A DNA stretch of 30,702 nt from an uncultured archaeon (GTDB lineage: Archaea > Iainarchaeota > Iainarchaeia > Iainarchaeales > GCA-2688035). The stretch spans positions 1 through 30,702 of the forward strand of contig CAYHBD010000002.1 of the NCBI GenBank assembly GCA_964354805.1. Direction: 5' to 3'. Positions within the stretch are counted from its first letter, which is position 1. Each line of letters begins with the position of its first letter. This document shows positions 16,272 to 25,150 of the stretch, one piece after another. The position numbers and the translations under genes are program-made. Under the pieces are notes generated by a model, which ran no database searches, had not been told where the DNA came from, and saw only the letters and a list, made by a program, of their open reading frames with translations.

Positions 16272-17621
16272 TTATTTTTTCACTTCCCAGTGGCCGCCTT
16301 TGTCCGGGCCGATGCGTTTTATTGTTCCTTCTTTTTTCAGTTTGTTGAGGTTAAACTTAACACCTTCTTCCGATAGGCCTATTTCCTTTGCGAGCTCTGC
16401 TCTTGTAATCTTCGAATTTGCCCTTATTAGTTCAATGATTTTCTGGGTAGTTTTCTGGGTAGTTTTCTGGGTAGTGCCGTAGAACCTTTGTTCATAGCTC
16501 TCTTTTTGCAAGTCCGGCCTTTTGAACATTATTGAAAACCAGTCCGAATTGGTTTCTATTTCAGGCGCTGGCAGCTTGTAATTTTTCATTGCTTCGCGTA
16601 TCCTGATTATTCCAGTGCCTGCCTTTTCCACCAGGTGGGTGCGTTGCATGAGGGCAAAGAGTTTCCGGTTTCTGGTCTTGCTTTTCTTGCCCAAATCGGA
16701 TATGCTCATTCCCGGCAGCAGGCCACCGGCATTGACTATTTCCAGCCTATTGGAATAGATTTCAACAAATATTGGGGATTCAGCGTAATAATCCCTGTGG
16801 CATATGGCATTCAGGAGCGCTTCCCTGAGAGCTTCTTCCGGGAGCTCGGTTTTTTCTTCGCGCGGCCCTGCTGTCCTTATGATGTATTCAGTATTAAGCT
16901 TGGAGCGGATATGGTCCACGGCTTTTTCAAAGTTCTCGAGTATTCCTTCGTCAAATTCTGCCCTGTCCAAAATCTTTACTTTGTCTGTTCCCTGGAAGAG
17001 GGCGCAGACAATTGTGGCGCTGGGAAAAAATCCGGAAACCTTGTTTGCGAAGAACAGGACACCGGCGTTTTTTAGATGCTGCCCATCCATAAGCTCCAGG
17101 TTCGCCAGTATTTGTGTTTTCCCCAATTTTTGGCTTATGCCTGCACGTTGCAGGAATTCCTTGAATGCTTGCGCATTGAAATCTTTTTCCAAGCCGAATT
17201 TACTGTTCGGGGCTTCATCAAAAGAAACCAGGCCTTCTTTTTGAAAAAACGCCCTTATTTCATCGGTATTCATTTGTGGCGAATTTGTGCCTTTCCTCAA
17301 GTAGAAATTGCCTTTTATGGAATAAGGCTTGTTATTTCCGCTAGGCACCCCAATTATTAGGACGTTTCCCGCTTCAACAATTGAAACACACAGCGGCGGG
17401 TCGAAATTGCTTACTAAATCATGTATCTGGGATTTGAGCCTATTCGTGATTTCGATGCCTTTTGCCTCATTTTTATCGGTCACACCAAGCAATACCCTTC
17501 CGCCATCAGCGTTTGCAAAAGCGCAAATTTCTTTAGCCACGCCAGAGGAATAAGACTCTTTAAACTCCGTATGGAAGTTCTCACCCCCGGCAATTAATTT
17601 AATCAGCTCTTCCTTGCCCAT
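16272..17621 (-). CDS. AlbA_2 (Schlafen-like) + HATPase_c_4 + C-terminal wHTH protein
   Basis: GENFHTEFKE..EICAFANADGG.VLLGVTD; ALREALLNAICHRDY; RN..L..VEKAGTGI; GPDKGGHWEV. Confidence 0.9.
   Translation of the reverse strand: MGKEELIKLIAGGENFHTEFKESYSSGVAKEICAFANADGGRVLLGVTDKNEAKGIEITNRLKSQIHDLVSNFDPPLCVSIVEAGNVLIIGVPSGNNKPYSIKGNFYLRKGTNSPQMNTDEIRAFFQKEGLVSFDEAPNSKFGLEKDFNAQAFKEFLQRAGISQKLGKTQILANLELMDGQHLKNAGVLFFANKVSGFFPSATIVCALFQGTDKVKILDRAEFDEGILENFEKAVDHIRSKLNTEYIIRTAGPREEKTELPEEALREALLNAICHRDYYAESPIFVEIYSNRLEIVNAGGLLPGMSISDLGKKSKTRNRKLFALMQRTHLVEKAGTGIIRIREAMKNYKLPAPEIETNSDWFSIMFKRPDLQKESYEQRFYGTTQKTTQKTTQKIIELIRANSKITRAELAKEIGLSEEGVKFNLNKLKKEGTIKRIGPDKGGHWEVKK
16440..16475 (-). repeat. 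12-nt tandem repeat x3 (TTQK) in linker before wHTH
   Basis: TTTCTGGGTAGT repeated three times. Confidence 0.9.
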
Positions 17622-17818
17622 TCAAAACACCTTCTTCAATCCCGCCGGCTCTCCGGCAATCTCTTTCTCCGCCCCCATGGCTTTTCCAATTATTTTTCCC
17701 GCGGATTTCGATAATCTCTTCGCAGAATTTTTTTTGTTTTCCCGCCCCTTTGTTTTTTTGCCAATCCGGTTAAAGCACTGGCCATGCCCAGCTCCAAAAA
17801 AAAAAATAGCGCGTTTGA

Positions 17819-17867
17819 CCTTTAAAAGCGCTTTCAAAGAGCAGTCTTCCGCTGGTTGCTTTTAAAC
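17819..17867 (-). repeat. Intergenic repeat family B, copy 1 (9-bp terminal inverted repeats)
   Basis: CCTTTAAAAGCGCTTTCAAAGAGCAGTCTTCCGCTGGTTGCTTTTAAAC; 46/49 identical to 25151-25199. Confidence 0.9.
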
Positions 17868-17972
17868 ATCCCCCTGCTGGTGCTGGTTGCTTATCTGGAT
17901 TTTCTGCCCCCAAGCAGGCTTTTTTTTGCAAACCCTTTTGGGTTAATAACCTATGTGGAATAAAAGAGTTCT

Positions 17973-18590
17973 ATGGGCCATTTGTTTTTGGATATTGAAA
18001 CCTATTCTTCTCCGCAGAATCCCGACAGCTCGCTCAACCCTTTTCTGCCCGGGGCGAAAGTGATTGTAATAGCATACAATTACTATAATTCTTTCAAGCC
18101 GCCGAGCAAGGGTGAAATCAAGCCGCCTGTTTTTTTGCTGGAGTGGGAAAGCAGTGAAAAAGCAATTCTGAGCCGGTTTTACGATTTCCTGAGGGAAACA
18201 AAAAGCAGGGACCAGTACCTGAAAATAATCGGTTTTAATATCACCAAATTTGATTTGCCCTTTCTTTTCGGCAGAATGAGCGCATTAAAGATTGCCCCCG
18301 AGAGCGAGTTGCATGATTTGCTGTTCAGGCCTTTCGGAATAGATTTGTTCCAGTTGAGCCCGATTGTTTCAGAAAAAACAAGGCAGCACGAGCAGTTGTG
18401 GGGCATAAACCACAAGGATGTAAGCGGCTTCTTCAAGCTGCAGCAAAAAGAGGCAACAGGCCTTGACTGCAGCAGGTTCTACGACGCAAAGCAATACAAT
18501 AAATTAATGGAGTACTGCACGCAGGAATTCAACTTCGAGCAAATGCTCGACTGCTTCTACCTGCACGTTATTAAAAATCTGCAGAAATAA
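17973..18590 (+). CDS. DEDD/PolB-exonuclease-like (RNase H-fold) 3'-5' exonuclease
   Basis: LFLDIET (ExoI), IIGFNITKFDLPFL (ExoII), YCTQE (ExoIII with D>E). Confidence 0.8.
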   Translation: MGHLFLDIETYSSPQNPDSSLNPFLPGAKVIVIAYNYYNSFKPPSKGEIKPPVFLLEWESSEKAILSRFYDFLRETKSRDQYLKIIGFNITKFDLPFLFGRMSALKIAPESELHDLLFRPFGIDLFQLSPIVSEKTRQHEQLWGINHKDVSGFFKLQQKEATGLDCSRFYDAKQYNKLMEYCTQEFNFEQMLDCFYLHVIKNLQK

Positions 18591-18644
18591 AAACTGCCGC
18601 ATTGCGCAGTGCATAGCAACAAAAAACCTTTCCTTCAAGTGCTT

Positions 18645-18752
18645 GCTGGGAACATGCCTAAAATTGAAACTGAAGCTGCTGCTGGGAACATGCCTGAAAT
18701 TGAAATTGAGGCTGCTGCCGGGAATGTGCCTGAAGTTGAAGCTGGGGCTGAT
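18645..18752 (+). repeat. 36-nt tandem repeat x3 at helicase 5' end
   Basis: AGNMPKIETEAA / AGNMPEIEIEAA / AGNVPEVEAGAD. Confidence 0.85.
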
Positions 18753-20282
18753 TTCGCTGCTGCTGCCGGGATTGAAATAAATGCAGATTTCAAGCTGGCT
18801 TTTGAGCTGCTTGAAAAAACAGGGCGGAATGTTTTCATTACAGGAAGGGCTGGAACGGGAAAAAGCACTTTCTTACAGTACTTTGCTGCCAACACGAAAA
18901 AGAAAGCCGTTGTTCTTGCGCCAACAGGGGTTGCGGCAGTCAATGTTGCAGGCCAGACCATCCACTCTTTTTTCGCGCTTGCCCCTGGCTGCACTGTTGC
19001 GGAAGCAAAAGAAGAAGCGCAAAACAGGGCAAAGGTTGAATTGTACAGGAAACTTGACATTATTATCATTGACGAAATCTCAATGGTCAGGGCAGACCTG
19101 CTGGACTGCGTTGATGTTTTCCTGAAAACGGTGCTGCATGATGCAAGGCCATTTGCAGGCAAGCAGATGCTGTTCATTGGCGACCTGTACCAGCTGTCCC
19201 CTGTGCTGATGCAAGAAGAGAGAAAGGCGTTTGCAGGGCAGTACTCTTCAGAATACTTTTTTGGAGCAAAAGCAATGGCGGGCTTTGATTACACTTTAAT
19301 AGAGTTCTCGAAGATTTACAGGCAGAGCGACAAAAAATTCATAGAGCTGCTGAACAGGATTAGGAACAAGACTGCAACAGAAAGCGATTTGGCAAAAATA
19401 AACGAGAGAGCGTATGCAGGGGAAGATGATGAAGGCTATATCCACCTCACTACCACAAACAGGATGGCCGAGGAAATAAACCGGAAAAAGCTCGGCAGGA
19501 TTAATGAAAAACCTTATTCATTTCGCGGGCTTGTTGAAGGGCGGTTTGAGCCTGCTTCCCTTCCAACAGAGCTTGTTTTGAGGCTGAAAAAGGGCGCCCA
19601 GATAATGTTTGTTGCAAACGATAGCGGCAGGAGATGGGTTAACGGCACGATTGGGAAAATAATAAAAATAAACAGCAGGCTGATAATTGCAAGAACGCAG
19701 AACGGAAGAAGCGTTAGGGTAACTCCCCACGCCTGGGAAATGTTCAAATACAAGTTCAATCCTGCAAAATCAGCCATAGAAAAGGAAGCAACAGGCTCTT
19801 TTACGCAATATCCTGTAAAGCTTGCCTGGGCTGTCACAATCCACAAGAGCCAGGGGAAAACATTCAGCAAGGTCATAGTTGACATTGGCAGTGGGACATT
19901 CACTTTTGGGCAGCTGTATGTTGCATTGAGCAGGTGCACTGCGCTTGAGGGCATCAAGATAAAGACCCCTTTGCGCAAGAGCCATATCTGGCTTGACTGG
20001 AGAATAGTGAAATACCTTACGCAGCAGCAGTACAGCCAGTCGGAAAAAAGCTTTGCGAACAAAAGGGAAATGATTGAGGAAGCCATCGGGAAAAAGCAGA
20101 GGCTTGAGATTTGCTATCTGAAGCCTGACAACGAAAAAAGCAGGAGGACAATAACTCCGATTGCAATAAAGCAAATGGAATACCTTGGGCATTGCTTTGA
20201 GGGCCTGGAAGCATACTGCCACAGCAGAAAGGGCACAAGAACCTTCAAAATAGAGAGAATACTGGAAATAAAGGCGCAATAG
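18654..20282 (+). CDS. PIF1-family helicase fused to C-terminal WYL domain
   Basis: TGRAGTGKS, APTGVAA, TIHSFF, DEISMV, GDLYQL.PV, AVTIHKSQG, YVALSR; C-terminal AI..LEICY..SRRTITP..EAYCHSRKGTRTFKIERI (WYL). Start uncertain (18609/18654/18690). Confidence 0.9.
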   Translation: MPKIETEAAAGNMPEIEIEAAAGNVPEVEAGADFAAAAGIEINADFKLAFELLEKTGRNVFITGRAGTGKSTFLQYFAANTKKKAVVLAPTGVAAVNVAGQTIHSFFALAPGCTVAEAKEEAQNRAKVELYRKLDIIIIDEISMVRADLLDCVDVFLKTVLHDARPFAGKQMLFIGDLYQLSPVLMQEERKAFAGQYSSEYFFGAKAMAGFDYTLIEFSKIYRQSDKKFIELLNRIRNKTATESDLAKINERAYAGEDDEGYIHLTTTNRMAEEINRKKLGRINEKPYSFRGLVEGRFEPASLPTELVLRLKKGAQIMFVANDSGRRWVNGTIGKIIKINSRLIIARTQNGRSVRVTPHAWEMFKYKFNPAKSAIEKEATGSFTQYPVKLAWAVTIHKSQGKTFSKVIVDIGSGTFTFGQLYVALSRCTALEGIKIKTPLRKSHIWLDWRIVKYLTQQQYSQSEKSFANKREMIEEAIGKKQRLEICYLKPDNEKSRRTITPIAIKQMEYLGHCFEGLEAYCHSRKGTRTFKIERILEIKAQ

Positions 20283-20459
20283 CCCTTTTCAAAGCCCGGC
20301 ATTTTATTATCATTTTTCAGAATTTGCTTATAAATAAATTCTCATTTTTGATAATTAATTATTGGCTGGGTGTTGCCGGCAGCCGGCTTTTCCTAAAAAA
20401 AAGCATGAAATTATCATTTGGCGCAAGTGTTTATATACTTTTTGCTTTAAATGATAATT

Positions 20460-22136
20460 ATGAAGCGTGTTTCTTTGCGGGTTGCCAAGCTGCTTTTGGC
20501 TGGCTCTTTTTCCATTAGCCAGCTGGCTGCTAAAACAGGCTATTCTGCTGCAAGCGTTTCGAGGGCTGTTAAAGAGCTGCTGCTCAGGCGCATTGTGGAG
20601 CGAAACAATGGCCTGGTTTCGCTTGCTTTGTCACCGCTTGCCCATGAGCTGAAAGTTTTGGCCGGCAAATTTGATTTAGAGGAATTGTTTTTGGAGAGAA
20701 AAGAGCAGTTGCTCATTGAATTGCTTGAGGGGAAAACCCTTGTTGAATTGCAGAAAAGCATTGGCTTGTCTGCTGTCCAGCTTTCAAGGTTGCTGGCTGA
20801 ATTGCGTGCTATTGGCGCTGTTTCATCCGGTGAAGGAAGGTTTTTTTTGAATGGGGCTATTGTGCCTTTTGCACTGGAGTGCAGGAAAATGCGGCAGTTC
20901 GCTGGAATTGAGCCAAATGCCGTTTTATTGTTTTCAAATGGCATCAGGTTAAAAAAATTGCCTCTTAATTCTGCTGCAACCGGCACTTTGACTGCCTTTT
21001 CCCGTTTCGCCGAGTTTGGCGTGCCATACGCTGTTGTAAGCGATTTTTTTGTAGAGCCAGGGCATTCCCTTGCGGTTGAAGAGGTTTTTGCCCATGCCCT
21101 TGTTGCAAGTGAAGCAAAAAAAGACCTTGCAATGTGCCTGATTTTTTATGAAAAAAACAAGGATAGCATGGAACTGCGGAAGATCATTGATTTGGCAAAG
21201 CAATTGAATGTTTTGGGCCTGTTTTTTGACTGCCTTGCCTTCCTGGAAAAAAAGGATGTCAAAGAAAAGCAGCGTTTTTTGCCTTGGGCAGAGTTCCTGG
21301 CTATAGCGCAAAACTACGGGGTGAAAGCCAAGGGGCAGCGCTTTTCAGCCGGTGACCTTGAGCAATTGTTTTCGGAAATTGCAGCTGCTTTGCAGCATCC
21401 TTTGAGTGTTTTTCTCATCGGCGGGTGCAATATGGCTTTGCAGGGCATTAAGGCTGCAACAAAAGACATTGACCTGGTTGTAAGGAACGAAAAAGATTTT
21501 TCTGCTCTTGCTGCCGCCCTGAAAAAGATTGGCTTCAAGCAGGTTGTGCCCCAGTCGCCAGCTTACATAAAAATGAATGCAAACGGTGTTTTTGAAAAAG
21601 CAGGCAAGCCCAGTGTTGATGTTTTCACGCGCATTGTTTGCAATGCCCTTTGCTTGAGCGAAAAGATGGCTGACAAAGCGCTTCAAAGAAAATTCGGCCT
21701 GCTTTCAGTGAATTTCCTTAAGCCTGAGGACATTATTTTGTTCAAGGCAATAACCGAAAGGGAAGCCGACCTGGATGACATTGCGGCAATAATAAGGCAA
21801 TTGCATCCGGATTGGGCTGCTTTCCTCAGGGAATTGGAGGAACAGCATGACAGGAGCCACAGGCTTTTTTGCCTGGATGTTTTGCACTCCCTCGAGCTTT
21901 TGGAGGAAAAGGAAAAAATTTTTTTGCCAATAAAGCAAAAACTGTTGAACCTGTGCCTTGAGAAAGCAATTCTTTTCCTCGCAAAAAAACCAGTGAGCGT
22001 CGCGGAAATAATGCAAAAAATAGATTTTCCCGAAACAGCAATCAGGAACAAAATACAGCAATTGGTTAAAGCAAAAAAACTGTCAAAACTGAAAACCAAA
22101 CCATTCAAAATAAAGGCAAAGAATACCAAAAGCTGA
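20460..22136 (+). CDS. Multi-HTH protein fused to a nucleotidyltransferase (DUF6036/AbiEii-like) domain
   Basis: Two N-terminal HTH segments; FLIGGCNM...TKDIDLVV NTase motif; LFKAITEREADLDDI; C-terminal HTH. Confidence 0.75.
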   Translation: MKRVSLRVAKLLLAGSFSISQLAAKTGYSAASVSRAVKELLLRRIVERNNGLVSLALSPLAHELKVLAGKFDLEELFLERKEQLLIELLEGKTLVELQKSIGLSAVQLSRLLAELRAIGAVSSGEGRFFLNGAIVPFALECRKMRQFAGIEPNAVLLFSNGIRLKKLPLNSAATGTLTAFSRFAEFGVPYAVVSDFFVEPGHSLAVEEVFAHALVASEAKKDLAMCLIFYEKNKDSMELRKIIDLAKQLNVLGLFFDCLAFLEKKDVKEKQRFLPWAEFLAIAQNYGVKAKGQRFSAGDLEQLFSEIAAALQHPLSVFLIGGCNMALQGIKAATKDIDLVVRNEKDFSALAAALKKIGFKQVVPQSPAYIKMNANGVFEKAGKPSVDVFTRIVCNALCLSEKMADKALQRKFGLLSVNFLKPEDIILFKAITEREADLDDIAAIIRQLHPDWAAFLRELEEQHDRSHRLFCLDVLHSLELLEEKEKIFLPIKQKLLNLCLEKAILFLAKKPVSVAEIMQKIDFPETAIRNKIQQLVKAKKLSKLKTKPFKIKAKNTKS

Positions 22137-22171
22137 AAACCAGGCCGTTCAAAGTGAAAGCGAAAAAATAA
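22086..22171 (+). repeat. 44-nt-period duplication of the NTase gene 3' end
   Basis: KLKTKPFKIKAKN (22086-22124) vs out-of-frame KLKTRPFKVKAKK* (22130-22171). Confidence 0.8.
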
Positions 22172-22185
22172 AAAAGCAGAACTCG

Positions 22186-22240
22186 CCTCAAAAACCAAAA
22201 CAGCTGGTGCGGACAAGATTAGCGCCCCGAGGCGGCTGTT
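22186..22240 (+). repeat. Intergenic repeat family A, copy 3
   Basis: CCTCAAAAACCAAAACAGCTGGTGCGGACAAGATTAGCGCCCCGAGGCGG, near-identical to 24149-24195. Confidence 0.9.
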
Positions 22241-22247
22241 TTTTGAA

Positions 22248-22290
22248 TTTAAAAGGAGCAGCGGAAGGGCACTCTTTAGAAGCAATTAAA
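22248..22290 (+). repeat. Intergenic repeat family B, copy 2 (diverged, opposite orientation)
   Basis: TTTAAAAGGAGCAGCGGAAGGGCACTCTTTAGAAGC matches the reverse complement of 25151-25199. Confidence 0.7.
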
Positions 22291-22313
22291 TTGAGGAATG
22301 GTGCTATATTAGT

Positions 22314-22631
22314 ATGCCAAAAAAATCAGTTAAATATGCCTTTTTTTATAAAGGTAAGATTCAGGAAACTTTAGCGATGTTAGAATATCAATTAAGACAA
22401 CAAAATTGGTTCATCAGAAATAAAGGCTTTAGCGATTTAGAAGCTTATCGAAAATCACATCCGCAGTCAGCCACCCGCTTCCACTTACATGTAGACCTTT
22501 CTCAATCGAATACTATAATCATCGATTGTCATGTGGACCACGGTTACCTACACCACGTTCAAACGCTTGACGAGAGCCTTCGTAATGCGATATGGAAAGA
22601 ACTCGAAAAGATTGCTCTCCTCAAAAAATAA
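22314..22631 (+). CDS. Hypothetical protein, His-containing, AT-rich
   Basis: 105-aa ATG ORF with RFHLHV and DCHVDH..HH motifs; bounded by family B repeats. Confidence 0.65.
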   Translation: MPKKSVKYAFFYKGKIQETLAMLEYQLRQQNWFIRNKGFSDLEAYRKSHPQSATRFHLHVDLSQSNTIIIDCHVDHGYLHHVQTLDESLRNAIWKELEKIALLKK

Positions 22632-22634
22632 ATT

Positions 22635-22671
22635 ACCAGCGGAACTCCACTCTTCCAAAGCGTATTTAAAG
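22635..22671 (+). repeat. Intergenic repeat family B, copy 3 (diverged)
   Basis: ACCAGCGGAACTCCACTCTTCCAAAGCGTATTTAAAG. Confidence 0.65.
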
Positions 22672-22732
22672 AGCAGAAGCGCGGTATTAATGGCAGACTC
22701 GCCAGCAGGGGTAAACTTGGGGGGTAATATGT

Positions 22733-22909
22733 ATGCAGAAGCAGCTTTTGTTGTTTGAAAAGGAATACTGTGAGCTTGCAGAGAAAGGCATGCCGCTTGC
22801 GAAACAGCATTTCAGGGAAAACTTTCTGGTGCGGTGCTTTAACTGCAGCAGCATTGTCAGGCCGACTGAGCAAATGTGCTGCCCGAATTGCGGGGTTTAT
22901 TTGGATTGA
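22733..22909 (+). CDS. Small CPxCG zinc-ribbon protein (58 aa; absent from ORF track)
   Basis: MQKQLLLFEKEYCELAEKGMPLAKQHFRENFLVRCFNCSSIVRPTEQMCCPNCGVYLD*; GGGGGT RBS upstream. Confidence 0.75.
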   Translation: MQKQLLLFEKEYCELAEKGMPLAKQHFRENFLVRCFNCSSIVRPTEQMCCPNCGVYLD

Positions 22910-22957
22910 GTCTTGCTATAAATAAATATTAAAAATGCTCTCAGGAGATAACTGCTT

Positions 22958-24001
22958 ATGGGTTTTGTTGGCATTGATTCAGTCCTATTGACACAGCAAT
23001 TTGCTAGACGGTTAAGGCAGCCTATCTTAAGGAAGGGCTTGCTGGGCGTTGGTGTTGAAACAAGCGACTTGGAACAATTCAATGAAACTTATTCCAAAAG
23101 CTTGTCAGAGTTGTTCAAACAAAATGGCCAAGAAATAAAACGACCGGTTTATTGTGCTAGGGAGATAGCCAGCATATTAGGGTTCGAGACATTGGAAGAA
23201 GAATTGTCGGTTTTATCCAATTTTAAGGACTCGCTGCTGCCCGCAATAGATAACGTGCACTTATTTTACACTTTTATTTTTGGGTTAAAAGAAGGGCTTG
23301 TTTCGATTTATGGCCATAGCCCAAACTACGTAAGAATCCCGCTGACATCGCAAGATAAAAGCATTCAAGATTTTTACGACTTAATATCAAACACATACCC
23401 AATGCTGTGCGCTTGGGAACTGAGGAACTATAAAAACACCTCGACCTTGTTTCTAGATAATTTCCAAGGCAGAGTCTGCCCTGCGTGGCTGGAGCTTGGG
23501 AATGCCCAAGACATCCTTGTTTATTACAAGGGGGACCAGTGCAACAAATTAATATCAGCAGCCGACATCCTGCTGAGAATCATAAAAATAAAGATGATAC
23601 CAAACAAAGCATGTTTCCTAAAATCCGAGATAGAAAAAATAGCGGGGGTAGTCGGAAACAAAACTCAAGTTTACTTTATTGGCAAGCAATGCCTCAACAA
23701 GATCACGCCGCACGTCCCATCCAGAATGAAACCACACCGCTTAGTCAAACACCCAATAGCGTATCTCGCAAAAGAAAACCCTAAAGACGAGGGCGAAGAG
23801 TCAATAATCGAAAACAGCCCGCTATTCAACGACATAGTCAAAAGAATCAATTCTGGCGATGGCTGCGCCAAATATTTCCACCCAGACGACGACTCAAGAG
23901 AAATCAAACAAGGAGACCAACTGGTTTCTTTCGGCAAAAGAGGCGACCAAATAATAGAAAAACTAAAAAGACTAAAATACCCTATAGACAAATTCTCTTA
24001 A
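22958..24001 (+). CDS. Hypothetical protein, possible RNase H-fold (DUF3800-like)
   Basis: 347-aa ORF; spaced acidic motifs FVGIDS / LFLDN / LISAADIL; fold call is tentative. Confidence 0.65.
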   Translation: MGFVGIDSVLLTQQFARRLRQPILRKGLLGVGVETSDLEQFNETYSKSLSELFKQNGQEIKRPVYCAREIASILGFETLEEELSVLSNFKDSLLPAIDNVHLFYTFIFGLKEGLVSIYGHSPNYVRIPLTSQDKSIQDFYDLISNTYPMLCAWELRNYKNTSTLFLDNFQGRVCPAWLELGNAQDILVYYKGDQCNKLISAADILLRIIKIKMIPNKACFLKSEIEKIAGVVGNKTQVYFIGKQCLNKITPHVPSRMKPHRLVKHPIAYLAKENPKDEGEESIIENSPLFNDIVKRINSGDGCAKYFHPDDDSREIKQGDQLVSFGKRGDQIIEKLKRLKYPIDKFS

Positions 24002-24008
24002 AATATAG

Positions 24009-24050
24009 TATTTTACTTCGGCTCCCGACGTGGGTTGCCGAAGTAAATAT
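24009..24050 (-). ncRNA. Strong hairpin; candidate small RNA transcribed convergently to the 347-aa gene
   Basis: TTTACTTCGGC/GCCGAAGTAAA 11-bp stem + inner CCC/GGG; minus-strand TTTTTAAATA at 24075-24066 at promoter spacing. Confidence 0.45.
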
Positions 24051-24120
24051 AGCATACGCCTTTGATATTTAAAAACCTATCGAAAAAGGTTACATAACAA
24101 AGCAGCAGCAAACAAGCAAC

Positions 24121-24197
24121 CTCACAGAATTCAAAGAACAGAAAACCCCCTCAAAAACCAAACAGCTGGTGCGGACTAGATTAGCGCCCGAGCGGAA
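24121..24197 (+). repeat. Intergenic repeat family A, copy 4
   Basis: CAGAATTCAAAGAACAGAAAACCCCCTCAAAAACCAAACAGCTGGTGCGGACTAGATTAGCGCCCGAGCGG. Confidence 0.9.
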
Positions 24198-24218
24198 GCT
24201 GAAGATAAATAAAATCTT

Positions 24219-25085
24219 TCATTTTTGTTCCCGTTTATCTTTTCCGGGATTTTTTTCGGCCAGTTTCTTTCTTTTTTTTTCTTCTGGCTCATGTAAATAG
24301 TTTTCTTGTGTTGATATTTTGTCTCCTGATTCTATTTCCAGTTTTTTTCTTGCATCGCCTGCAATTTTTCCGCCAAGTCTTGCGGCTTTCTTGTTTTGGG
24401 AAAATCCTTGCGCGTCTTTGCTTCTGGCTATTTTGGTTGTTGAGGCTTCTCCAAGCATTGTAAAAATCAGTTCCAAGTCTGTCATGTGGTCGCGCAGGTT
24501 TTCTCTTTTGAGTTTCTTGAATTTCTTGTATTCTTCCACTGTTTTTCCAAATGCCGCCTCGCTTATTTCGTTTGTCAAAATGGCGTATTCTTTTTCCTGC
24601 TTGATTCCTCTTTTTTGCCATTCATCTGTCAGTTCCTGCCTTACTGCTATTCCCCTCGCCCTTTTTTCAATCCAGTCATTAGAATAGCCTTTTGACTTGT
24701 ACAGTTCTTTCATTCTTGCCTGTGCCAGTTCAGGGTTTTCTATTTCTTGGACTCTTTCATAGCCAACCTTTGAAAGCCATAACTTGAAGGGTTCGGCTTT
24801 TGGCGATGGAATGGATTGAATTATTCTGAATGCCCCGGCAGTATTAACGCAGTTAATGCGCTGTTTCCCGCCTTCTGTTTGAATTGGAAGGGTATGTACA
24901 ATTTGTACCCACCCTTGGGAAAGCGGTTCATCCCTTTGCCTCATCTTGTTAATGTACTGTTTTGGGTCCCTTGAATCAGTTAGAACCTTTACAATGCCCT
25001 CTAATGAAAACCACCATTCCTCATTATGCCAGGTTCGCCTAATCTTTACCCCCTGAAAAACAACCAACGCGTTCTCTTCACCCAT
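24219..25085 (-). CDS. Bro-N domain protein (antirepressor-like)
   Basis: IRRTWHNEEWWFS, FRIIQSIPSPKAEPFKLWL, NLRDHMTDLELIFTMLGE. Confidence 0.9.
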   Translation of the reverse strand: MGEENALVVFQGVKIRRTWHNEEWWFSLEGIVKVLTDSRDPKQYINKMRQRDEPLSQGWVQIVHTLPIQTEGGKQRINCVNTAGAFRIIQSIPSPKAEPFKLWLSKVGYERVQEIENPELAQARMKELYKSKGYSNDWIEKRARGIAVRQELTDEWQKRGIKQEKEYAILTNEISEAAFGKTVEEYKKFKKLKRENLRDHMTDLELIFTMLGEASTTKIARSKDAQGFSQNKKAARLGGKIAGDARKKLEIESGDKISTQENYLHEPEEKKRKKLAEKNPGKDKREQK

Positions 25086-25150
25086 TTATCCACCTTAACC
25101 ATTTCCCAAACATTGAGTGATGAACCTGCCCAATAAAATAACCCCCTTGC

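Noticed and set aside
16440-16475. TTQK tandem repeat as a novel feature
   Set aside because: Short tetrapeptide repeats before the C-terminal HTH are common in this protein family
17622-17837. 71-aa minus ORF with MGAEKEIAGE resembling the AlbA_2 gene start
   Set aside because: Similarity is too short to call a ghost 5' end; the ORF overlaps repeat B and looks non-coding
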